Shown here piece by piece: positions 36,094 through 47,900 of a stretch of 64,000 nt of DNA. Positions within the stretch are counted from its first letter, which is position 1. The number at the start of each line of letters is the position of its first letter. The notes below the pieces were generated by a model. That model was not told the origin of the DNA and searched no databases. It was given only the letters and a program-made list of their open reading frames with translations. Made by a program: the position numbers and the translations under genes. The stretch comes from Chara braunii. Taxonomy: Eukaryota; Plantae; Charophyceae. The stretch covers positions 4,239,778 to 4,303,777 of the forward strand of contig BFEA01000003.1 in NCBI GenBank assembly GCA_003427395.1, written 5' to 3'.

Positions 36094-36491
36094 CCATGCA
36101 ATCCCTCACTACCCACACGGACACTATCTACCAGTCCAGATAAAATCCCTCTAGCCTTCTGCTCACAGCGCCAAAACTCGTGCACCAAACCATGAAAATA
36201 GGTTGCGGACCTCACCGAGTGCAAATAATAAATGTGTCCAATAGCCTCAATACTCGTCGTCCCTGGCGCCCGCGTGCGCTGAGCATCCAGTTGATATGTC
36301 TCAACCGCATACGCCCATAAGTGCACGTTTAGTCCCAGCCGTGTCGATCTCCAAGCGGAATGGAGCCCGGGCTCAGCCACGCTCTTGAGCGGTAGTTCGA
36401 ACTCTAGCACGTCGGGCTCCACCGTCTCAGGAGGCCTAAGCCATCTGGCACTGGCGATTGCGAGCTCCACTCTACCAGCTTGCTCTACCAT
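36094..36491 (-). pseudogene. N-terminal half of paralog P2
   Basis: LEFELP..SAWRSTRLGLNVHLW..EAIGHIYY..EGLHG joins in frame to GPIRETR at 23882 once the insertion and one TSD copy are removed. Confidence 0.65.
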
Positions 36492-36576
36492 CGAACAGCC
36501 TATAGCTACCGCTCGACGCCAATCACTGCTCTCTCTCAGTCTCTACACCTAGCACGTCTCGTCTGCGTGCTGCCTC

Positions 36577-37600
36577 CTAAGTCCGGACAACAACCCCTAT
36601 CCTAGGAAAGTGGGCGTCAGTGGTGTCAATCTCCTCCTCCGAGTCAGAACTCTCGCTCTCGGAGTCAACCCAATCGGGCTCCCAAGCCCCCTCCTCGTTG
36701 TCTCTGCCCCACCCCTCGTCGTCGAACTCGTCCTCGACGCGGTACGGGGCCTGACCTATGGCCTGATAATACTGTGTCAGCTGGTGGCTGTATATCAGAG
36801 GTCGTCCGGCGTCCTCGCTCCACCAGCCACCCAGTCGTTTGAGAAGAGACTCCCTATAGAGGTCACGTACTCGGGGCCTGCTCGGAGCTCTCGGTCCAAC
36901 CAGTCCCAGACGCACAGAGCCTGAGGCCAGTCGTCGTCCACCGAGCGGATCAGCTCAATAAGCTGGACCCTCTTGTCCATCCAACGAAGTCCCCCGGTCG
37001 CAAGGAAATAGTACAGGTAGACGAGGTCCCAATACCCCCTGGCAAGGACCTCAAGCTCTCGAAACGCTAAGTACGCCTCGACTACCCCACCTATGCCCCC
37101 AAAGATAGAGTCTACAATACAACCGGGTATTATCGCCCTCAGACATGTGCTGCCGTATAGGAAAAATTGGTCTCGAGCTATCACAAGTTCGCTCCCTATA
37201 CTGAGAGGAGGTCGCCCGTGGAATAACGTCCACTCGTAGCGCGCGTCGTCCACTCGAAACGCGGCGACCTCGTCCCGCAGACATCGTAGGGCCCTGCCGA
37301 TCGCGTCGCTCACACCCGTCGTCACAAAACTGAAGGCAGCCTCTTTGGCCGCGTCCTGCCCTAAGTACAGATAACCTCTCACAAGGCCCCTCTCCTGACC
37401 AGGTCTGACCTCCCTATGAGTCCAAAGCCATGTGCCGGGGGATAAGACGACGGATCTCAACCCAAACTGTCTGACGATGTGATCTCCACCCCAGGCAGGG
37501 ATCGTAAGCTCAACTAGATCTCCCTCTAACAGCTCGGCGGCTCTACGTCCCAGGCGTGACTAGCCTCGTAGACCTCGATCGGCGCAAACGGCCACATCCG
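36577..37600 (-). pseudogene. Paralog P3 of unrecognised TE-borne family (frameshifted)
   Basis: ORFs 36795-37460 and 36577-36915: LRAIIPGCIVDSIFGG, DKRVQLIELIRSV, VWDWLDRELRAGPEYVTSIGSLFS and an acidic W-rich tail. Confidence 0.6.
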
Positions 37601-38195
37601 ACTGAATACCCAAAAGATAATAGAGGGACGTAGCTAGAGAGAGCGAGAAAGGAAATATAGATGCAGCAAAATCCTAAAAACAATTTCGACAGCGCTTCGC
37701 CTCCCTTCGTTGGGAGCCCCGATGAAACGCTACCGATCTGACCCTAGTCTATCCCTAGAGTGCCCTAGAGTACTATGGCACCGAAAACCGGCCCCGAACG
37801 GGCCAAAAAGGCCCTATATAAAAGTTCCCTCGAATACCAAGCATGTGCTCTTTTCGAGGGAACCCAGTCTGCTGCACCCTTGGCCAGCCCTCCGGGGTAC
37901 AGATACCGCTTTCTAATTAAGAATCAAATTTGAATACCCTTCACCCTCTTTCTACCATTTTCTACGCTATTTTGATATTTTTATGGAATTTTACTAAATT
38001 TAAATTTTCTAGAATTACTCTTAACCTAGAGAAACACACTGGCTCACCTCCAGAGTCTAGGAGTACGCTGGGTTACCCCTAGAGAGTGGGGCGGCTAACC
38101 TGTTTCTCTCCCCGGCACTTTGTCCCTATTTATTTTTATTTATGGCAAATAAAGTCCAAATAAATAATTTTAAATATGAAAAAATACCTGTGACA

Positions 38196-38213
38196 GTACC
38201 CACCCCTCAAGAA
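38196..38213 (-). promoter_or_regulatory. Polypurine-tract-like sequence abutting TGTCACA
   Basis: Minus strand ..TTGAGGGGTGGGTAC-TGTCACA. Confidence 0.55.
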
Positions 38214-38871
38214 GAGGTCAGGGAACCACCTTTTCATTTCGGCAGTCCGATTTCTCTTTCCTTTTCCTATCTAGGAAATTTTCTTATATTTTCTTATATT
38301 TAATTCAAATAAAACGTGTTCTTTAAAGATATTCTCCGTTACCTATTTTACATATATTAAGGTCCTTTATATTTATCACCTTGCAAAATTTCACGATTTA
38401 CAGAGAATCCTATGAATTGTGACGAAATTTCAAAAAAAAATCGGCAACACTTCGCCTCCCCCCATTGGGATGGGGTTCGGGCGAAGCCCACAACAAAAAC
38501 CACCAGAGAAAGAAATATCCAAGGAATATAAAAAAAAAAAAAAAACAGCTCTCTAATTTATACCGAATTTTTAACGATTTTAAATAATTAATTTGAAAAT
38601 AATTCAAAAAAAGTAAAAAAATTCCGAGAATGTTTCGGCAGCAATTTCCCTTCCCCCATGGGAATGGGGTTCGGGATAATTGTCCCTAAATCCGTTGTCC
38701 GAAAGAGCTGGAAAAACACTTTTTAAACAATGTAGAATGAAAAATTGTTATTTTTATTAATTTTTAATATTTTTATCAATAAAATATTTTAAATTTGGGA
38801 AAAATACAGGATTTTAAGTTTTCGCATGTATATAGTTTCACTATAATTTACGGGGTTGTATTCGCCTCCTA

Positions 38872-38938
38872 AACCCCTAATTAGGGTTTCGCCTAACTAG
38901 GGTTTCTCCTAGTTAGGGTTTCTCTAATTAGGGTTTTA
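38872..38938 (-). promoter_or_regulatory. Cluster of telo-box-like motifs (AAACCCTA)
   Basis: TAGGGTTT four times at ~15-16-nt spacing. Confidence 0.55.
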
Positions 38939-41900
38939 GTTACTTGTGCGCGCTCGCGCGCTCACCACAAACCCCCGATTATCGTAGAAAAGTTTTTGTT
39001 GAGCTTCTTTAGACTCCAAAAGAAAATCTATCGGATCACTTTGAACGAATTTTTCTCTCTTTTAATTTTTACAAAAAAAATAAAAATAAAAAAATTTCCA
39101 TTAATTTTCTCCTTTTTCTTTTCTGTTAGGGGTTACCGCTCGCTCAAACGGCGACCGTTTTTTTTTTTTTCCCGACTAAGGTCTCAAAATGTTGGGAAAA
39201 ATATAAGAAACAACTTTGGTCCGGGCGGTATCCGCCAAATTCTGCTTCCTTTTCTCGCAAAATAAATAAAACCAAAATTTATTATTTCGAAATTAAATTT
39301 AGAAAATTATAAAAAATTCAATATATTTTTTTTTCACCATTAGAATTTTTCGAAAAACGTATCAAAAGGTTCGCCTCGATGAGAGGATGAACTTTACTCC
39401 CGGTGATGTTCGCGCGAAAGCACGCAGATTTGAAAATATTTAAAAAAAAACGAAATTTAAAATTAATAAAAATTTAAAAAAATCAACTAATCAAACTGTT
39501 CGGATCTTAATTACCTCCAAGCTAATTAGCCAGGGCACCCCCGTTGATTGGGGAAGGTCGTGGCCTTGGGGGTGCTATCCCCTCCCCGGCAACAGCGCCA
39601 AAGTTGTGAGGAAACTCGGGGAGGGGCTCCTACTGTTCGCCGAAGCCAAGGGCTACGACGCCTGTCACTCGCCGCGCCCGCTTCAGAGGTCCTCAGGGAC
39701 CAGCAGGATGGCAAGGGTCATAAGGACTGTCTCGCCCCCCCTTTCTTGGGAACGATAGAGGCCACAATATTCCCGAGCCGAAACAAGACTCGTCTCACAC
39801 CAAACCAAGTGGGTGATCGTACTTCAGAAGAACAATCGATTCACAACAATCACCAAGGATAATAATAAGCCAAAGTAAGGCCCGATTCACGCTGAAGCAA
39901 GAGCATCCATGAATCAAAATAAATCTCAACTCATACAGTCGGCGAGAGTATACACAAGTCCCAAGCATAACTTAATTCAGACTGAACAGAGAGAACAACC
40001 GCAAATCAGAATGAAGCTCAGCTCATACAGTCCGCGACAATATACACAAGTTCTAAGCGAAGCTGGATTCACACTCAAGAGCTATAGTTTCTCTGATTTT
40101 TTTCTACCTGACCATTCTTCCTTCGCAGATGGTCGTTTGAACGGGCACGGTATCGCAAATGCGATCAAGCCTGGAGCAAAATTTCGAACTGCAGTTCCCT
40201 GAGGTTATCATACACGAAGCTTTTCCATTCGACTGCAGATAACAAACCTTCCGACATCCCGGATTTGATAAAGGGGAGAAGGCAGGTTTCAGCCCGCACT
40301 TTTGCTGTCAAGTTCACCTACTAATAAAAAAACATGATGAAAAAGGGAAAGGAAAAAGAAGGAAACAGAAAACACTCGTCTAACTGATGATCAGGCGACG
40401 CACAACAGTCAATTGAACAAATGGTGACGGGTTACACGCAGTAGTTCTCAACCAATGCCACAGAGGTCACTTGGACGACCAGCAATAAAACGGTACCTGC
40501 CCTTGCATGAAAGAGAAACAATACCAGTTCATTTTCTCACCGATCCCACCTGATCGGTCAGTGTCACTCAGCGCAGTGACTGATGCACGTATGAGCTCCC
40601 GCGGGCGAGTGCCCGTTTTAAGAGACCATGACTTCAGACTCAGTCTGAGTGTAACCAAGAATGGTATATGCTGACGCTGATCACTGCGCAGAAATTTGTT
40701 GTATCATGAACATGATCCACTCTCCCACTCTCTCTCACTCGCTGTACTCTTCCTCTCTCTCTTGTTCACACACGCACAAGCAACCTCTCTCTCACACACA
40801 GTCTCTTTCTCACACACTGACACGCGCCCACGTAGTCTCTCTCTCACACACAGTCTCTTTCTCACACATACACACGCGCCCGCGCAGTCTCTTTCTCACT
40901 TCTGTCTTTCTTCCTCTGATGCTCAGGTTCAACCCTTGCGATCAAGATTGCGTTGAAATAATTATAACAAATTAAGCGATTCATTCATAAGGCTGGACCC
41001 GCTACCCTAGATTAGGCAAGTTACATCCAGAACTACGATGTTTCCGAGTTCTTAGCTCTTACCTTTTTCTCCGTCTCACCCGTGCCGCGATGGTTGCTGT
41101 TCCACCCCTCGGAGTGAAAATGAGTAGTTTCATTAGCGGCGGATATGAAAATGGAAGGTTGCCGGATCAATAACTACTTTGATCAACCAATCGGAGGAAC
41201 TCGCTCAATTGACGGATCAACGAAAGTAAATCAACTGGCTTGCCCGCGACGGGAGGCTTGATTTTTCATTCGTCAATTTTAAGATAGCCGGTGATTGCGT
41301 GAACAGTGAAATTGGCTGCTCAGCGAAGATCGCCTGACTAGCGGATCTGCTAAAGGACAGTCTGACCAGCAGAAGTCTCTCGATTGGCCAACCTGCGAAA
41401 ACTTAACTCGCTCCGTCGCCAGTGCCCATCCTCGATTGCTCAAATAACAAAGTAAAATAACTAAACTGCTGGAAGGCTTGATTCGTCAATCGACTAGCAT
41501 GGAGGAAATGGATGATAGCCCTCCACACATTGCACCCTGTTCACTATCTCCCTGTTGGCCGCAGCGGCACGTTCCACTCCGCTCACACATTCTGCATGTC
41601 CGCACTAGCTCACTAGCTCTTTCTTGATGCACGATTGTCGCGCGTCCGTGCACGAGAGAGAGAGCCGTTTAGCTGTTTGCGCTATGAGTGGCGCAAGCCT
41701 AGCACCTCAGTTTTCCCCATTACAAGCCGAAACGAGCTGTCCTTAGATGCAGCGTGAGCACGTTCCCGTGAACAGACATACACCATGCAACCCCCAATCT
41801 GCCGCCCTCTTACTTTTGCTACTCCTGTCGCACCTTCCCTTACATTCCAGGTACTTCGCACTCACACAAATTCAGATCCTGCTCCGATTCTACTACCCGA

Positions 41901-41986
41901 TGAGCTCTCCTGGCTCGACTTGCGAAGTGGGCGGGTAACCTCGCGCACACTATCAGCGTTCTCCTGTCAACAGCACGTGCACAACG

Positions 41987-44900
41987 CACACCTAGAACCA
42001 CGCCTAGAACCACGCCTAGAACCACGCCTAAAACCACACCTAAAACCACGCCTAGAACCATGCCTAAAACAACGCCTAAAACAACGCCTAGAACGACACC
42101 TAAAACCACGCCTAGAACCACGCCTAAAACCACGCCTAAAACCACGCTTAAAACCATGCCTAAAACCAAGCCTAAGCCACGCCTAAAACCACACCCAAAA
42201 CCCACGCCTAAAACCACGCCTAAAACCACGCCTAAAACCACGCCTAAAACCATGCCTAAAACTACGCCTTAAACCACGCTAAAACAAAGCTACAAACCAC
42301 GTTAAAACAACGCTAAAACCACGCTAAAACAACCCCAAAACCACGCTACAACCACACTAAACCACGCTAAAACCACGCCTAGAACCACGCTAAAACCAGG
42401 CTAAAACCACCCCTAAAACCACGCCTAAAACCATGCCAAAACCACGCCACAACCACGCCTAAAACCACGCCTAAAACCACGCCTAGAACCACGCACACCT
42501 AAAACCATGCCTAGAACCACGCCTAAAACCACGCCTAAAACCATGCCTAGAACCACACCTAGAACCACGCCTAGAACCACGCCTAGAACCACACCTAAAA
42601 TCCGCCTAGAACAACGCCTAAACCACGCCTAGAACCACGCATAAAACAACGCCTAAAACCACGCCTCAAACCACGCCTAAAACCACGCCTAAAACCATGC
42701 CTAAAACCATGCGTAGAACCACGCCTAGAACCACGCCTAGAACCACGCCTACAACCAGGCCTGCAACCAGGCCTACAACCAGGCCTACAACCAGGGCAAC
42801 AACCAGGCCTAAACCACGCTAAAACCACGCTAAAACCACGCTAAAACCACGCCTAAACCACGCCTAAACCACACCAAAACCACGCCAAAACCACGCCAAA
42901 ACCACGCCAAAACCACGCCTAGAACCACGCCTAAAACCACGCCACGCCAAGAACCACGCCTAGAACCACGCCTAGAACCACGCCTAAAACCACGCGTAGA
43001 ACCACGCGTAGAACCACGCCTAAACCACGCCTAAAACCACGCCTAAAACCACGCCTAAAACCACGCCTAGAACCACGCCCAAAAACCACGCCCAAAACCA
43101 TGCCTAAAACCACGCCTAAAACCATGCCTAGAACCACGCCTAGAACCACGCCTAAAACCACGCCTAGAACCACGCCTAAAACCACGCCTAGAACCACGCC
43201 TAAACCACGCTTAGCACCATGCCTAAAACCTCGCCTAAAACCACGCCTAAAACCACGCCTAGAACCATGCCTAGAACCACACCTAGAACCACCCCTAAAA
43301 CCACGCCTAAAACAACTCCTAAAACCACGCCTAAAACCACGCCTAAAACCACGCCAAAACCACGCCTAAAACCACGCCTAGAACCACGCCTAAAACCACG
43401 CCTAGAACCACGCCTAGAACCACAATTGGAACCATGCCTAAAACCACGCCAAAACCACGCCTAAACCACACCTAAAACCACGCCTACAACCACGCCTACA
43501 ACCACGCCTACAACGTCGCCTACAACGACGCCTAAAACCACGCCTAAAACCACGCCGAACCACGCCGAGAACCACGCCTAAAACCACGCCTAAAACCACG
43601 CCTAGAACCACGCCTAGAACCACACCTAGAACCACGTCAGAACCACGCCTAGAACCACGCCTAAAACCACGCCTAAAACCACGCCTNNNNNNNNNNNNNN
43701 NNNNNNNNNNNNNNNNNNNNNNNNNNNNNNNNNNNNNNNNNNNNNNNNNNNNNNNNNNNNNNNNNNNNNNNNNNNNNNNNNNNNNNNNNNNNNNNNNNNN
43801 NNNNNNNNNNNNNNNNNNNNNNNNNNNNNNNNNNNNNNNNNNNNNNNNNNNNNNNNNNNNNNNNNNNNNNNNNNNNNNNNNNNNNNNNNNNNNNNNNNNN
43901 NNNNNNNNNNNNNNNNNNNNNNNNNNNNNNNNNNNNNNNNNNNNNNNNNNNNNNNNNNNNNNNNNNNNNNNNNNNNNNNNNNNNNNNNNNNNNNNNNNNN
44001 NNNNNNNNNNNNNNNNNNNNNNNNNNNNNNNNNNNNNNNNNNNNNNNNNNNNNNNNNNNNNNNNNNNNNNNNNNNNNNNNNNNNNNNNNNNNNNNNNNNN
44101 NNNNNNNNNNNNNNNNNNNNNNNNNNNNNNNNNNNNNNNNNNNNNNNNNNNNNNNNNNNNNNNNNNNNNNNNNNNNNNNNNNNNNNNNNNNNNNNNNNNN
44201 NNNNNNNNNNNNNNNNNNNNNNNNNNNNNNNNNNNNNNNNNNNNNNNNNNNNNNNNNNNNNNNNNNNNNNNNNNNNNNNNNNNNNNNNNNNNNNNNNNNN
44301 NNNNNNNNNNNNNNNNNNNNNNNNNNNNNNNNNNNNNNNNNNNNNNNNNNNNNNNNNNNNNNNNNNNNNNNNNNNNNNNNNNNNNNNNNNNNNNNNNNNN
44401 NNNNNNNNNNNNNNNNNNNNNNNNNNNNNNNNNNNNNNNNNNNNNNNNNNNNNNNNNNNNNNNNNNNNNNNNNNNNNNNNNNNNNNNNNNNNNNNNNNNN
44501 NNNNNNNNNNNNNNNNNNNNNNNNNNNNNNNNNNNNNNNNNNNNNNNNNNNNNNNNNNNNNNNNNNNNNNNNNNNNNNNNNNCGCCTAGAACCACGCCTA
44601 AAACCACGCCTAAACCCATGCCTAAACCACGCCTAAAACCACGCCTAAAACCACGCCTAGAACCACGCCTAGAACCACGCCTAAAACCATGCCTAAAACC
44701 ACGCCTAGAACCATGCCTAAACCACACCTAAAACCACGCCTAAAACCATGCCTAAAACCACGCCTAGAACCACGCATAAACCACGCCTAAACCACGCCTA
44801 AAACCAGGCCTAAAACCACACCTAAGACCACGCCGTGGTTTTAGCGTAGTTTTAGCGTGGTTCTAACCGTGGTTTTAGTGTGGTTTTAGCGTGGTTTTAG

Positions 44901-47900
44901 CGTGGTTCTAGGCGTGGTTCTAACGTGGTTTTAGCGTTGTTCTAGGCGTGGTTTTGGCGTGGTTTTAGCGTGGTTTTAGGTGTGGTTTTAAGCGTGGTTT
45001 TAGGCATGGTTTAAGGCGTGGTTTAGGCGTGGTTTAGGTGTGGTTTTAGCGTGGTTTTAGCATGGTTTTGGCGTGGTTTTGGAGTGGTTTTAGGCGTGGT
45101 TTTAGGCGTGGTTCTAGGCATGGTTCTAGGCGTGGTTTTAGGCATGGTTTTAGGCGTGGTTCTAGGCGTCGTTTTAGGCGTGGTTTCGGCGTCGTTCTAG
45201 GCGTCGTTCTAGGCGTGGTTTTAGGCGTGGTTCTAGGCGTGGTTCTGGGCCTGGTTCTAGACGTGGTTCTAGGCGTGGTTCTAGGCGTGGTTTTAGGCAT
45301 GGTTTTAGGCGTGGTTTTAGCGTGGTTTTAAGCGTGGTTTTAGGCATGGTTTTAGCGTGGTTTTAGCGTGGTTCTAGGCGTGGTTTTACCGTGGTTTTAG
45401 CATGGTTTTAGCGTGGTTTCAGCGTGGTTTTAGCATGGTCTTAGTGTGGTTCGAGGCGTGGTTTTAGCGTGGTTTTAGCGTGGTTTTGGCGTGGTTTAGG
45501 CGTGGTTTTAGGCGTGGTTTAGGCCTGGTTTAAGGCCTGGTTCTGGGCGTGGTTCTAGGAGTGGTTTTAGGCGTGGTTCTAGGCGTGGTTTTAGGCGTGG
45601 TTCTAGGCATGGTTTTAGGCGTGGTTTTAGGTGTGGTTCTAGGCGTGGTTCTAGGCGTGGTTCTAGGNNNNNNNNNNNNNNNNNNNNNNNNNNNNNNNNN
45701 NNNNNNNNNNNNNNNNNNNNNNNNNNNNNNNNNNNNNNNNNNNNNNNNNNNNNNNNNNNNNNNNNNNNNNNNNNNNNNNNNNNNNNNNNNNNNNNNNNNN
45801 NNNNNNNNNNNNNNNNNNNNNNNNNNNNNNNNNNNNNNNNNNNNNNNNNNNNNNNNNNNNNNNNNNNNNNNNNNNNNNNNNNNNNNNNNNNNNNNNNNNN
45901 NNNNNNNNNNNNNNNNNNNNNNNNNNNNNNNNNNNNNNNNNNNNNNNNNNNNNNNNNNNNNNNNNNNNNNNNNNNNNNNNNNNNNNNNNNNNNNNNNNNN
46001 NNNNNNNNNNNNNNNNNNNNNNNNNNNNNNNNNNNNNNNNNNNNNNNNNNNNNNNNNNNNNNNNNNNNNNNNNNNNNNNNNNNNNNNNNNNNNNNNNNNN
46101 NNNNNNNNNNNNNNNNNNNNNNNNNNNNNNNNNNNNNNNNNNNNNNNNNNNNNNNNNNNNNNNNNNNNNNNNNNNNNNNNNNNNNNNNNNNNNNNNNNNN
46201 NNNNNNNNNNNNNNNNNNNNNNNNNNNNNNNNNNNNNNNNNNNNNNNNNNNNNNNNNNNNNNNNNNNNNNNNNNNNNNNNNNNNNNNNNNNNNNNNNNNN
46301 NNNNNNNNNNNNNNNNNNNNNNNNNNNNNNNNNNNNNNNNNNNNNNNNNNNNNNNNNNNNNNNNNNNNNNNNNNNNNNNNNNNNNNNNNNNNNNNNNNNN
46401 NNNNNNNNNNNNNNNNNNNNNNNNNNNNNNNNNNNNNNNNNNNNNNNNNNNNNNNNNNNNNNNNNNNNNNNNNNNNNNNNGTTCTAGGCGTGGTTTTAGC
46501 CATGGTTCTAGGCGTGGTTCTAGGCGAGGTTTTAGGCGAGGTTCTAGGCGTGGTTCTAGGCGTGGTTTTAGGCGTGGTTCTAGGCGTGAATTTGGGCGTG
46601 GTTTTAGGCGTGCTTTTAGGCATGGTTCTAGGCGTGGTTTTAGGCGCGGTTCGAGGCGTGGTTAAGCCGTGGTTTTAGCGTGGTTTAGGCACGGTTTAGG
46701 CGTGGTTTTAGGCGTGGTTTTAGGCATGGTTTTAGGCATGGTTTTAGGCATGGTTTAAGGTGTGGTTTTAGGCGTGTGTCTAGGTGTGGTTTTAGGCGTG
46801 GTTCTAGGCATGGTTTTAGGCGTGGTTTTAGGCGTCGTTTTAGGCATGGTTTTAGGCGTGGTTCTGGGCGTGGTTCTAGGCGTGGTTCTTGGCGGGTTCT
46901 AGGCCTGGTTTTAGGCGTGGTTGTAGGCGTGGTTCTAGGCGTGGTTCTAGGCATGGTTGTAGGCATGGTTCTAAGCGTGGTTCTAGGCGTTGTTTTAGGC
47001 GTGGTTTTGGGCGTGGTTCAAGGCGTGGTTTTAGGCGTGGTTTTAGGCATGGTTTTACCGTGGTTTTAGGTGTGGATTTAGCCTGGTTTTAGAGTCGTTC
47101 TAGGCGTGGTTTTAGCGTGGTTTTAGCGTGGTTTAGGCGTGCTTTTAGGCGTGGTTTAGGCGTGGTTCTGGGAGTGGTTTTAGGCATGGTTTTAGGCGTG
47201 GTTCTAGGCGTGGTTTTAGGTGTGGTTCTACGTGTGGTTTTAGGCATGGTTTTAAGCATGGTTTCAGGCGTGGTTTTAGGCGTGGTTTTAGGCGTGGTTT
47301 TAGGCGTGGTTTTAGGCTTGGTTTAGGCATGGTCCTACGTGTGGTTCTAGGCGTGGTTTTACGCGTGGTTTTAGGCGTGGTCTTAGGCGTGGTTCTAGGC
47401 GTGGTTTAAAGCGTGGTTTAAGGAGTGGTTCTAAGCGTGGTTCTAGGCGTATTTCTAGGCTGGGTTTTAGGCGTGGTTTTAGGCATGGTTTTGGGCGTGG
47501 TTTTAGGGGTGGTTTTAGGCGTGGTTTAGGCATGGTTTTAGTCGTGGTTTTAGGCATGGTTTAGGCTTGGTTTAGGCGTGGTTTTAGCGTGGTTTTAGCG
47601 TGGTATTAGCGTAGTATTAGCATGGTTTAGGCGTGGTTTAGGCGTGGTTTTAGGCGTGGTTTTAGGCATGGTTTTCGGCATGGTTTTAGGCGTGGTTTTA
47701 GGCATGATTTCAGGTGTGGTCTTAGGCGTGGTTCTTGGCGTGGTTCTAGGCGTGGTCTTAGGCGTGGTTTTAGGTGTGGTTCTAGACGTGGTTTTAGGCG
47801 TTGTTTTAGGCGTGGTTTTAGGCGTGGTTTTAGGCGTGGTTCTGGGCATGGTTGTAGGCGTGGTTTAAGGCGTGGTTGTACGCGTTGTTCTAGGCGTGGT

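Larger units (their letters stand above)
21339..38213 (-). mobile_element. Older minus-strand LTR-type element carrying three paralogous ORFs; split by the 23883-36093 insertion
   Basis: Minus strand CTTCTTGAGGGGTGGGTAC|TGTCACA at 38213-38189 is a PPT-LTR junction. Candidate end TGTCACA at 21345-21339. ORF frame is continuous across the removed insertion. Left boundary uncertain. Confidence 0.5.
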
